Shown here piece after piece: positions 1 through 11,340 of a stretch of DNA of 64,000 nucleotides (positions within the stretch are counted from its first letter, which is position 1; each line of letters begins with the position of its first letter). The translations under genes and the position numbers were made by a program. Below the pieces are notes generated by a model, which saw only the letters and a program-made list of their open reading frames with translations, had not been told where the DNA came from and ran no database searches. Source of the stretch: Anthoceros angustus (taxonomy: Eukaryota > Plantae > Anthocerotophyta); contig MU008187.1 of assembly GCA_010909165.1 (NCBI GenBank), forward strand, positions 765,901 to 829,900, written 5' to 3'.

Positions 1-1401
1 CTAACCATGTTACTTTTTGCCTTCTGAAGGCCTGTGCAAGTACTGGTGCCTTACAGAAGGGCAGGCAGCTGCACTCACTGATTGTCGAAAGAGGACTGCT
101 GGATAACGTACTGGTGGGCAACGGCCTGGTGGACATGTATGCTAAATGTGGTGAACTGGAAGAAGCACACCAGGTTTTTGACAGGATGAACACAAAGGAT
201 GTGGTTACATGGACTGCCCTGATAGCCGGATATGCACAGCAAGGACTCGCCAAGAGGCGCTTGTATGGACAAATGGAGCAGGAGGGCCTCATTTTGGCTG
301 ACCATGTTACTTTTGCTTGCCTTCTGAAGGCCTGTGCAAGCACTGGTGCCTTACAGAAGGGCAGCTGCACTCACAGATTGTCGAAAGAGGACTGCTGGAT
401 AACGTAGTGGTGGGCAACTGCCTGGTGGACATGTATGCAAAATGTGGTGAACTGGAAGATGCACGCCAGGTTTTGACAGCATGGCCACAAAGGATGTGGT
501 GACATGGAATGCCCTGATATCTGGGTATGGTACTTGTGATGAAGGTCACAAGGCACTAGCTTGTTTTGAGGAGATGTTAGTTGCCGGTATTCAGCCTGAT
601 GATGCTACTTTACTTGCCTTCTAGTAGCATGCAGTCATGAGGACTGGTCCACGAGGGTCGCAAGCACTTTGATTCCATGGCTGAACAGCATGGCATCAAA
701 CCTACTATTGAGCATTACACCTGCATGATTGATCTTCTTGGGCGTGCAGGCCATTTAGATGAGGCAGAGAAGATGCTATTATCATGTGAGGCCAAAGTAA
801 TGTTGTGGGGTTGACGTCTTTGTTGAATGCCTGCAAAAGTCACGGGGATATAGAGAGGGCGATGTGGTGTTTTGAAAGCATTGTTAGGCTGGACCCTCAG
901 GCGTCGCATGTGCTCATGGCCAATGCCTACGCAGATGCAGGTATGTGGAGCGATGTAGACAGGATTGAAACACAGAGAATGGTAGCAGGAGCTAACAAGA
1001 AACCTGCAGTGGCGACCATTGAGGTGAAGAAGCAGGTACATACGTTTTCGGTGGGAGAAAGAAGAGACGATATTGCGCTAAAGGTAGAGAGCACGAATGC
1101 ACGTCTGAAGCAGGAAGGAGGTCACGTACCTCACACAAAGTTGGTGTTGAAGCCACTGTCCGAGAAGGAAAAGGAAGATGCGCTTTGTGGGCATGCTGAG
1201 AAGCTAGCTCTGGCGTTTGGTCTCTTGAACACTCCGAGTGGGACACCTCTGGTGGTAACGAAGAATCTACGCATGTGCAGTGACTGCCACAGTTCCACGG
1301 AGATCATGTCAAGGCTCGAAGAGAGAGACATTGTTGTAAGGGATGGGTACCGTGTGCATCGATTCGCAGCTGGTTTTTGTAGTTGTAAGGGTCGACCGTG
1401 A
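1..1401 (+). CDS. PLS-class PPR protein with C-terminal DYW:KP (GRP-type) domain, candidate organellar U-to-C editing factor; 5' end outside window, several frameshifts
   Basis: P-L-S motifs (GNGLVDMYAKCGELEEAHQVFD, KDVVTWTALIAGYAQQG, HVTFACLLKACAS), E motifs, then NKKPAVATIEV...CGHAEKLALAFGL...KNLRMCSDCH...CSCKGRP*. Single-base indels may be consensus errors. Confidence 0.9.
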
Positions 1402-2596
1402 GAATAGTGAGGAACTAGCCAAGTGTATGTCAGAGAACATTGCTTCTGAGGTGAACGTGGTTGCTTAACTCCATCCCTGTCCAAACCGAGACATGGAGAT
1501 GGTTGGCTAGCTCGCATGCCTTTGGGGGCGGGCCCGATTCCAGCTCCGAAGGCTGGAAGGGAGTGGCGTGCATTCCTTCCGGCGGTGAGGTTGCGACGCT
1601 GTGAACATCCAGTCTCGGTGTTTTGCACATGGCGCTGCAGCTGCAGGGCGACAGCAGCGGTGTTGGATGTGTCTCGCATATCACCCGGAAGGAGAGCTTT
1701 ACTTCTGTATATGTGTAAGGAAGGGTCTGTTGCCAGCTGTTGTCGATTGGCTCGTTCTGATGTTGTCCTCCACAGAGTATGCGATAGGGACGACGGGACG
1801 CAAAGGAACGACTTGAACGGGAGAAGCAACTCCGTTTACCTTATCCAGGAGGGTCAGGAGGATGACATGGAGATGGCTGGAAGTGCAGCGTTGGACCGTC
1901 TTCGTGAGTTGCAGCCCTGTACATTGCCAATATTGCTGGAGCGTATGCAGGTATGAGGCTTGCGAATCACAGCGGAAGGCTCGCAGCCCTTCTCTCTATG
2001 TTTACTTCCATCTCACGAAAAGCCTGGAGGAGTTGCAGGATCGTTCTGTCTCCTGGCAGTTGCAGCGTAGGTAGCAGGAATGCATCACCACCAACACCCT
2101 AATCATCAAGCGAGAATCCCGTGCAGGCACAGCAATTATTCCTCGAAAATTCTGATCTCATCGATTCTTCATCGAGGATGACCCAAACATTTGCTCCAAC
2201 AGTGAGTTCATCCTAGGTTCAATCAAGAATGGCTTGGGGAGGATGGTTTGTGACTTAACTTAACCTGGATTGCCGGCCGCTGAACTCCACGGCTCGCAGA
2301 ACCCGGCCCCACAATGGCGGGTGCCCTATCCGTGTTTCGAGTTAAACAGGATCAAAGGCCAGCCATTTGGCCGTTATTGTCCTGTGCAGTTTGATGGAAA
2401 TACGAACACCACTCATCACTCCCATTCAACAGTTGCAGGGGGCTTGGAGGTGATGTCATAAACAATCCGGTTGATGCCCCTCACTTTGTTGCAGATTTCT
2501 GAAGAGACCTGCGCCAAAAATTTGGATTCAAAATGGAACCAATTGGCGGTCATGCCGTCCTCGCTGGTGATCGCCCTCAGCGCCACGGCGTTGGAG
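1005..2596 (+). repeat. Segmental duplication, copy 1 (about 1.6 kb): DYW:KP 3' end, spacer and GMP synthase 3' end
   Basis: Near-identical to 10000-11584 from TGCAGTGGCGACCATTGAGG to CACGGCGTTGGAG, except for a ~90 nt block. Confidence 0.93.
2416..2596 (-). pseudogene. GMPS: GMP synthase 3' fragment carrying the canonical C-terminus
   Basis: Minus strand reads ...[22 protein letters not shown] (stop at 2416-2418); matches 11456-11584 upstream of that tail. Confidence 0.88.
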
Positions 2597-2724
2597 CCTT
2601 GGAGGTCTGCGCCAAGCTCGTCACTGACCTCGGCTCTAACCCTAACGCACCGGCACCGGCGTTGGAGCCTTGGAGGTCTGCGCCAAGCTCGTCACTGACC
2701 TCGGCTCTAACCCTAACGCACCGG
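2586..2724 (+). repeat. 71-bp tandem repeat x2, also present at 4547-4686
   Basis: Unit CGGCGTTGGAGCCTTGGAGGTCTGCGCCAAGCTCGTCACTGACCTCGGCTCTAACCCTAACGCACCGGCAC. One frame reads [19 protein letters not shown], weakly ankyrin-like. Confidence 0.85.
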
Positions 2725-3074
2725 GAAGGAGAAGCAGGTCCAGCGGCCCGATGGCCACGCCAGAGGCTGCCACCAGGTCTCAGCCTGCAGCCAGCAAAAC
2801 CGTTACCCTGCTCCTCCGATGGGTCGCTCCAAGATCTCCTTGGCTCGCTTCTCGCGCTCCTCCTGCTCCTCCCTAGCCATGCGCTCCTCCTGGTCTGTAT
2901 GGGCCTGTGCATACCCAGCAATCAGGGCATTCCATGTCACCACATTTTGCATACCCAGCAATCAGGGCATTCCATGTCACCACATTTTGCATACATGTCC
3001 ACCAGGTCTCAGCCTGCAGCCAGCAAAACCGTTACCCTGCTCCTCCCTAGCCATGCGCTCCTCCTGGTCTGTGG

Positions 3075-3400
3075 TTTTGAGGGTTCAGGGTTTGAGGGTT
3101 CAGGTTGAGGGTTTAAGGGTTTGAGGGTTTAAGGGTTTGAGGGTTTAAGGGTTTGAGGTTCAGGTTGAGGGTTTAGGGTTTAGGGTTTAGGGTTTAGGGT
3201 TTGAGGGTTCAGGTTGAGGGTCTGTGGTTTTGAGGTCTGTGGTTTTGAGGTCTGTGGTTTTGAGGTTCAGGTTGAGGTTTTAGGGTTTTAGGGTTTAGGG
3301 TTTAGGGTTTAGGGTTTAGGGTTTAGGGTTTAGGGTTTTAGGGTTTAAGGGTTTGAGGTTCAGGTTGAGGGTCTGTGGTTTTGAGGTTCAGGTTGAGGTC
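3075..3400 (+). repeat. Interstitial plant-type telomeric tract (TTTAGGG)n with variant units
   Basis: Perfect TTTAGGG runs at about 3172-3200 and 3280-3345, mixed with TTAAGGG, TTTGAGGG and GTTCAGGTTGAGG units. Confidence 0.92.
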
Positions 3401-3419
3401 TGTGGCCTGGGTTGTGACG

Positions 3420-4292
3420 GTAGCTTGGCCAGAGCGATGAGCTCAGGGTACTCGTGCGGCTCCGGGGCCAAGCCGGGGCATGGTGCCCGGGACGCACGCC
3501 ACTATCTGCCTGGCCTGCAGCCCTCTGCTCCGGAGTCAGGGGAGGCTTGATCCCCAAAGACACAGTGGGCTGCACCCTCTCCCCGCGGAACCCACCGCCG
3601 GCTCGCCTCTCCTCCTCCCGCTTCTTGGCCAGAGCGATGAGCTCGGGGTACTCGTGCGGCTCCGGGGGCCAGGCGGGAGGGTAGGTTCCAGGAACGCACG
3701 CCACGATCTGCCGCGCCCGCTCCTCCCTAGCCATGCGCTCCTCCGGGGACATGACGGGCTTTGGAGGCACCTTGGCGCCCAGGGACACGGTGGGTTGAAC
3801 TCTGTCGCGCCGCCCGCCGATGGGACTCTCCAATATCTCCTTGGCTCGCTTCTCGCGCTCCTCCTGCTCCTTGTCCTGCCGGGCCTTGGCGAGGGCGATG
3901 AGCTCGGGGTACTCGTCCGGCTCGGGGGGCCAAGCCGGGGGCATGGTGCCCGGGACGCACGCCACTATCTGCCTGGCCCTCTCCTCCCGAGCCATTCTCT
4001 CCTCGGGAGACATCACCGGCTTCGTCCCTGGCTTAGCTCCGAGCGACACAGTCGGCTGCACCCTCTCCCGGTATCCTCCGATGGGTCGCTCCAAGATCTC
4101 CTTGGCTCGCTTCTCGCGCTCCTCCCTAGCCATGCGCTCCTCCCTAGCCATGCGCTCCTCCCTAGCCATGCGCTCCTCCCTAGCCATGCGCTCCTCCTGC
4201 TCCTCCCTAGCCATGCGCTCCTCCCTAGCCATGCGCTCCTCCGATGGGTCGCTCCAAGATCTCCTTGGCTCGCTTCTCGCGCTCCTCCCTAG
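3420..4292 (-). repeat. GC-rich coding-like tandem repeat: 3-4 long units plus an 18-bp MAREER minisatellite; open frame at 3360-4232
   Basis: Repeated peptide RVQPTVSLG...PEERMAREERARQIVACVPGTxPPAWPPEPxEYPELIALAK; 18-bp CTCCTCCCTAGCCATGCG array at 4118-4240. Confidence 0.7.
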
Positions 4293-4371
4293 CTAAGGTG
4301 AATCAGACTAGAATGCCCTCAGGGAGCTACACTACGAATTGGGCCGGGCCACAGCCAAGTAGGTAACTCAC

Positions 4372-4470
4372 CTTCTTGTATCTATCATCCCACCACTGAT
4401 TGGGATTGGAGAAAAACAGGCGCCAACGCTGCTCAACTCCGTCCCCTGACTCTGCAATGCAACAGCGGCG
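4372..4470 (-). pseudogene. Exon encoding the first half of an OSB-type PDF motif
   Basis: EQRWRLFFSNPNQWWDDRYKK followed by a GTGAGT donor at 4371 and a TCTGATTCACCTTAG acceptor ending at 4293. Confidence 0.65.
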
Positions 4471-5869
4471 AAGCGAAACGTAAGTTTGCAGCAAAACCAC
4501 AAGCAACCGAGCCCGCACGATCGAGCTTCATGCACACGCACCGGCACCGGCGTTGGAGCCTTGGAGGTCTGCGCCAAGCTCGTCACTGACCTCGGCTCTA
4601 ACCCTAACGCACCGGCACCGGCGTTGGAGCCTTGGAGGTCTGCGCCAAGCTCGTCACTGACCTCGGCTCTAACCCTAACGCACCGGACATGCCTACGCAC
4701 GCCACGCCTCGATTGGACTGAAACCCCGGGCGTGGTCCGGTGGACCAAGTCGCCCTGGACTAGCCCTGCCCGTCTCTCCTCTGACGTGGTCTGGCGAAGC
4801 CGGCTTTGCCGAACGAGGCTCCCTGCAATCCTCCTGCCTTGGACTACGGTCTGGCCCAGGCAATGACTCCGAAGCCCCACCTGGTGCCGTCCATGCCTTG
4901 TCCCCTCCGCTCTTCCAACTCTCCGCTGAGCCGGGCCACCTCCCTCTATGCCCCTCGGCGTCCAAGATGGCTGCCTATGTTTTGACCACTTTTCTCATTA
5001 AGGTCCAGCCTTGGGAGCTTCGCCAGCCACTTTTCTCATTAAGGTCCAGCCTTGGGAGCTGTATAAGAGGGGAGGTTGCTGCCCACTCTAGTTTGACGAT
5101 TCCTTGGGTCTGATTCCTTGCTTATGAATCGGGGCAAGGAGGCCTTTGAGCTTTCTCTTTTCTTTGGTGGGCTCGAAGGTCAAAGTTCTCTAGTCTGATG
5201 AAGTCTGGTCTAGTTAAGTTGGAGTTTTAAGGTTGGCAGGAGCGAGGTGGAGGGGGTGGTGCAGGCGAGGTCGTGGTTGCGGTGAGCAGCAGAGGAAGGT
5301 GGTGTTAGGAATGCGGAGCCAGGCGGTCGGGCTACCATGCAGTGAGGGTCAAGGCGGCATTGGAGTCAAGTCCCGTTGCGGCGGGGCATTTGAGACGGGC
5401 GAGCCCGGCTTCTAAAGAGGCGGTGTGGAGTTAGGGTGTGCAGGCTAGAGTCAGGTGCGGGCGAGGAGGGGCGGTACCTCGAGAGGGGCCGGTGGGCTGA
5501 ACCCGGCCGGGTTGTGCGCGGTGTGCCGGGTGTGGCCGTGCGTGCGTTGCGGAGGCGGCGGTGGAGCTGGCAGTGCAAGCCCGGCCGGGTGAGGAGGTGG
5601 CAGTGTGGTGCGCGTGGGTTGTGACTATGCTGCGATCTGCGGTGGCCATTGGTGGCCAGGAGGTGTGGTGGCCCGTCTTCGCGGGCCGGTTTTTGTGTAT
5701 TTGTTTGTTTTGTTTTGTTTTGTTTTTTTCCTGGCGTGATTCTCGCGGGCTGCGCAGTTTTGTGCACGCTTTGTGTTTTTCCGGGCGATGCGTCTTTTGC
5801 GGTGGGAATTTTTTTCCTGGATTTTGTTGGGTTTCTTTTTGGGTGCTGGGGGATTTCCGACCTCCAGCT

Positions 5870-6260
5870 TTTGGTAGTGAGTTACAGGTGCGGGCGTTGG
5901 TTTCGTGGGTTGGTGGTGGTTCTGGGGGTTGCAATCCCCTAGGCGAGGCTCTTTGGCCGGTCTTTTGGGGCTCGCCATTTGGAGCTCAAACTACGTATGT
6001 CCGGTAAAGGTTGGGGTCGTTTTGTCCCCAATCCTTGGCACCTCATCGGCCCTAACACCCTCTAGTTGGCGTTACCCTACCCAATAGGGCGGCCTACACC
6101 TTCTGTGATTGTCAAGGACACTCCTTGTCCTGTCTGTGCTCAACTTTGCTGCAGTGTCAAGGGGGTGAAGACCCACATCGGGCACATGCAGGTTTTGAAG
6201 AGACTACTTGGGCTGCCCAAGTGCACCTGCGACCTCCTCCGGTTGTGCATGCTCCGCGTC
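5870..6260 (+). mobile_element. 5' fragment of CRE-like non-LTR retrotransposon (N-terminal C2H2 zinc finger)
   Basis: IVKDTPCPVCAQLCCSVKGVKTHIGHM; DNA homologous to the reverse complement of about 30920-31280. Confidence 0.65.
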
Positions 6261-6379
6261 AGTACATCCTCCTAGGGTGCCTCTTTGTTCCGGGGAATGG
6301 TTGCGGTGTCGTTTGGATCACATCCATATTTGAAACTTTGGGATATTTGAAACTTTTGTTTGTGAGTCTCAATACCACC

Positions 6380-6850
6380 TGGGGCCAAAATTAAACGTAC
6401 AGGCGTTAAGGATGAAGGCCCAAGATATCCTAATAAGTGGCCTTCCACAACAAATGGTGAGACACATAAGTGAAGCGGGATCATCTAAACAATTGTGGGA
6501 CCATCTCGCCCAATTGTACTCCTCCATAGATGTTATGAGTTTGATCGCTACTACTTTCCATAACCTCAAAATGAAGGAATCGGACTCCATCGAACATCTT
6601 GTCAATTTATTATGATTGGCTCGATCACAATTAGAAGTTGCATCCAACAGCAAACTACATGAGTTAGCTTCTTTTGTTGGTCTATTATCATCCTTACCAC
6701 CCTCCTACAGATTTTTTGTAACAACTCAAAATGTTGTTTTGAGGAGTGCTCACAAAAACGCGGGGAAGTATGACTTAAAAGAAAATTTGAACATTACTGT
6801 TACTGAGTTAATTGGAGCACTTATTCAGGAGGAGTCAAGCCGACGATAAG
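6380..6850 (+). mobile_element. Ty1/Copia gag relic (UBN2/Retrotran_gag_2-like)
   Basis: DEGPRY/KAQDILISGLPQQMVRHISEAGSSKQLWDHLAQLYS...FHNLKMKESDSIEH, internal stop, ending ELIGALIQEESSRR. Confidence 0.7.
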
Positions 6851-8384
6851 ATCATCGTCCCGATGCGATGTTCTAGAGCAAAGTGGGAAGAGGCCAAGTG
6901 GTCACAGGCCATGGCAGGATTCACTCAGCTCTACCCCACAACATAGTCTTGCTTGAGAGACCCCACCTTCTTTCACACACAGGTAACAAGAAAGGTGGTA
7001 TTTGTTCTTAGTCGAATACCCGAACCACATGGAAAAAGGTGAAAAAGAAGAGTGGCGAGCCTAGAAAAGAGGCCCCACCTGGAGCACATGTTGTTGTTAA
7101 GAGACATTCTTTGGCAACACCATCAACTCTCACTTTATATATGGTGTGGAGCAACTTTTGCTAGCGGACTAGCCGGGTGCACACTAACTCAATGTCGATG
7201 CAGTACGGGAGTTTGTTCTACAGGGAATGGACTCGTGCTTATTCTGCCCAAGCTCTACAACCTATCGCTCGAACGGGCTTCATCATGCTGGGTCCGGCAG
7301 ACTCCGCAAACCCTAGGAGTGTGCCGCCCCGCAACTCAATGGACCCACCCACACAAACCTTTCCACGGGCGCTCGTCCAAACACCATTTAAGATCCGGCG
7401 GACCACAATAGGTTTAACGACGGCGATCTCCTCCTAAGCGCCTCGGCCTAGCTGCATCCTCCACTTCACACACACTCCACACAACACTCACGCTCCAGCA
7501 ACTTGATGCGTCCCTTCCCTCTACTCCCACGGCGGTATTTGCGACACCTAACCGTATTCATCGGACGCCCTTGCTCCTTGTTGCCGCGTCAGCGGTGGTT
7601 GCTTCTCGACCTACAACCCCAGCCTCAGCTCCGCCTCCGGGATAGCCCTGGGATGATTCACCTCACGATCCTTTCAGCGCTTCATGTTCCGCGGTGGCGG
7701 TCTCTCGCACAACCCGCGGCCTCGTTCTCCGGCAGCCACCAAGGATGGCCTCGTCTTGGGAAACCGCTCGGGCCTTGCCTGGATGATCGGTCCTGTCCAC
7801 CTCAGCGTCATCACCGTAGCTCGACACAACCCCTGCCACCAATTAATCACGCAAGGTGGCAGGCACTCACTCCTCGAGCCAGGAGGGCAAGAACACACGA
7901 AGCATGAAGTTGGAGCACGGGATAGTCTGGGGGTCTTGGGCGCCAGGCCTCCCTATATACCTCCTACACCCTAATCTAACCCGCCTATGTATGTACCATA
8001 ACCACAGGTCGTTATAGCGCGGGGCGTAGCTCATCATTAATTGGGACTTCTTCCATTGGTCGCTCTCCAAGCAGCGGATATGTTTTCCTTACGTCTGGAC
8101 TCGCTGCCCAGCCGCACTTGCGGCCGGACTTACTCGTCGAGGCGTGCGCCCGTCGGACTTACTCCCAGCCGCCCGGCGGACTTGTTATCTCGTGCGGACG
8201 ATCGAACTTCGCCGAGACTTCACGGACCCGGGGTTTGATTGCACTCTAGATGCAACTCAGCCCAATTTAGCTAACTTCTCCCTATGCCTATTATAAGTAA
8301 CAACCCGAAAAAAACAAAACAAGCCTAAACAAGCACCAGGGACATCATATTTGGCACTCTACAGCACTCTCTACGACCCCACTT

Positions 8385-8650
8385 CTTTCATCTGCCGTGC
8401 TATTTAGGAATGGTGTTCGAACACCTTAGGGACCTTTCTCCCAAAGATCCATCTAATGGCTTCCTGTGGCTCTTTCTCTAACCACTGCGGTGGCTCGGGA
8501 GAGATGCCTCCGCCGGATTTCCCATGTTCTTGCGCATGAGCGCTATGGGCCCAAGCCCTTTACTTCAGCCCACTCGTGAGTTGGGAAGCCTTCACGCAGC
8601 TTCTCAGCCTATTGGCCCTTGCCAATCCCTTCTCCAGCCGCCTCAACCCC
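8385..8650 (+). mobile_element. CRE-like retrotransposon fragment (region just upstream of the RT domain)
   Basis: GGAATGGTGTTCGAACACCTTAGGGACC...AAGATCCATCTA is shared with the reverse complement of 29170-29220 and 30285-30337. Confidence 0.65.
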
Positions 8651-9075
8651 TTGTCACCGAGATGTTTGAAATTATACAGTTGTGAGAACGTTTCTCCGAG
8701 CTTGGCTGCCTCTTGAACCCCTCGGAGGCTTGTGAAACTAGAGAATTTAAGGCCCATCCTTTCTTACTCGATTACAGATTCGGTTATGAGCGAGCATGGA
8801 TCAACTATCTAGCTCGATTATTTCAAAGATAGAGTTGAAGAAGGTGTCTTGCCTCTCTATCATGATTGACCCGGTAGGCGATTGAATCCATAGAGTGGAA
8901 GAAGTTTAAAGCATAAGTATGTGAGTGCCTGGGAGTGCCAACACCTATGCAACGATAAAGCACTTGGCAGACATATCTCCATCGAAGGCCAGATACCAAT
9001 GGATGGAAGCCCATGTGCATTGTGGTCTCATTATACGGGAGATGAGGGGCTGCATTACAACACTATATCGATAAA

Positions 9076-9308
9076 TGAAGGAAGATGCGCTTTGTGGGCA
9101 TGCTGAGAAGCTAGCTTTAGCGTTTGGTCTGTTGAACACTCCGAGTGGGACACCTCTGGTGGTAACGAAGAATCTACGCATGTGCAGTGACTGCCATAGT
9201 TCCACGGAGATCATGTCACGGCTTGAACATAGAGACATTGTTGTAAGGGATGGGTATCGTGTTCATCGATTCGCAGCTGGTTTTTGTAGTTGTAAGGGTC
9301 GACAGTGA
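9076..9308 (+). pseudogene. Isolated DYW:KP domain fragment ending GRQ
   Basis: KEDALCGHAEKLALAFGLL...CSDCH...CSCKGRQ*; no upstream PPR array; followed by an out-of-order DYW piece at 9360-9407. Confidence 0.85.
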
Positions 9309-9999
9309 GAATAGTGAGGAACTAGCCAAGTGTATGTCAGAGAACATTGCTTCTGAGGTGAAGCAGGAAGGAGGCCACGTACCTCAGACAAAGTTGGTGT
9401 TGAAGCCAAAAGAAATGCAAGGAAGTTACCATAAGTTTTCGGTATTCCACCGGTGAGACTGGCCAAAATATGCTAATTAATGTCATTGAGAAGGTGCTGA
9501 CAGGTCTCATCAATCTTAATGGTATGGCGAAGGAGATCACTCTGCGGAAGAAACTACATGTGATACAAGTGGCTACAGCGAAGCATCTAGGCTGTGATTC
9601 ATTTGAGATGGTGAGGCAGGAGTACCCGATGCACTCAACGAATGAAGTGGTTGCCAGATTTCAGACCGCTTTCGAAGGAAAGGTGAGCTTGGTTGTTCAG
9701 CTTGTGTCATTGTGTGGACTACGGACTTCCCTTGGGGGTTAGAAAATAGGTAGGGTTTTGTTTTTTTTGTAGAAGTGAAGAAGGATAAAATGAGGAGGCG
9801 AAATAAGCATGGATAGCACTCGGGACGGCACTCGGGTATACTCCGGACTCACGGAGTGAGGCGTGCAGACCTACTATGGTAGGCGTAGCAGGATAAGTCA
9901 GGACCCACTCGGGAGGCGGGGATAATCGCCAGGAAAGTAACTCGGGAGTTGGTAGTGGGAGCGGACGGGCGCCACGTGGGCTACAGTGGAGAGCGGGCA

Positions 10000-10393
10000 T
10001 GCAGTGGCGACCATTGAGGTGAAGAAGCAGGTACATACATTTCTGGTGGGAGAAAGAAGAGATGATATTGCGCTTAAGGTAGAGCACGAATGCACGTCTG
10101 AAGCAGGAAGGAGGCCACGTACCTCACACAAAGTTGGTGTTGAAGCCACTGTCTGAGAAGGAAAAGGAAGATGCGCTTTGTGGGCATGCTGAGAAGCTAG
10201 CTCTGGCGTTTGGTCTCTTGAACACTCCGAGTGGGACACCTCTGGTGGTAACGAAGAATCTACGCATGTGCAGTGACTGCCACAGTTCCACGGAGATCAT
10301 GTCAAGGCTTGAACAGAGAGACATTGTTGTAAGGATGGGTACCGTGTGCATCGATTCGCAGCTGGTTTTTGTAGTTGTAAGGGTCGACCGTGA
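10000..10393 (+). pseudogene. DYW:KP (GRP) domain fragment, start of duplication copy 2 (10000-11584)
   Basis: Near-identical to 1005-1401 with small indels; lacks the PPR array. Confidence 0.85.
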
Positions 10394-11340
10394 GAATAGT
10401 GAGGAACTAGCCAAGTGTATGTCAGAGAACATTGCTTCTGAGGTGAACGTGGTTGTAACTCCATCCCTGTCCAAACCGAGACATGGAGATGGTTGGCTAG
10501 CTCGCATGCCTTTGGGGGGGCCCATTCCAGCTCCGAAGGCTGGAAGGAGTGGCGTGCATTCCTTCCGGCGGTGAGGTTGCGACGCTGTGAACATCCAGTC
10601 TCGGTGTTTTGCACATGGCGCTGCAGCTGCAGGGCGACAGCAGCGGTGTTGGATGTGTCTCGCATATCACCCGGAAGGAGAGCTTTACTTCTGTATATGT
10701 GTAAGGAAGGGTCTGTTGCCAGCTGTTGTCGATTGGCTCGTTCTGATGTTGTCCTCCACAGAGTATGCGATAGGGACGACGGGACGCAAAGGAACGACTT
10801 GAACGGGAGAAGCAACTCCGTTTACCTTATCCAGGAGGGTCAGGAGGATGACATGGAGATGGCTGGAAGTGCAGCGTTGGACCGTCTTCGTGAGTTGCAG
10901 CCCTGTACATTGCCAATATTGCTGGAGCGTATGCAGGTATGAGGCTTGCGAATCACAGCGGAAGGCTCGCAGCCCTTCCCTCTCTATGTTTACTTCCATC
11001 TCACGAAAAGCCTGGAGGAGTTGCAGGATCGTTCTGTCTCCTGGCAGTTGCAGCGTAGGGTAGCAGGAATGCATCACCACCAACACCCTAATCATCAAGC
11101 GAGAATCCCGTGCAGGCACAGCAATTATTCCTCGAAAATTCTGATCTCATCGATTCTTCATCGAGGATGACCCAAACATTTGCTCCAACAGTGAGTTCAT
11201 CCTAGGTTCAATCAAGAATGGCTTGGGGAGGATGGTTTGTGACTTAACTTAACCTGGATTGCCGGCCGCTGAACTCCACGGCTCGCAGAACCCGGCCCCA
11301 CAATGGCGGGTGCCCTATCCGTGTTTCGAGTTAAACAGGA

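Noticed and set aside
1516-1956. 146-aa ORF and its twin at 10493-10942
   Set aside because: Present twice only because of the DNA duplication; the frames differ at the 5' end and there is no recognisable domain.
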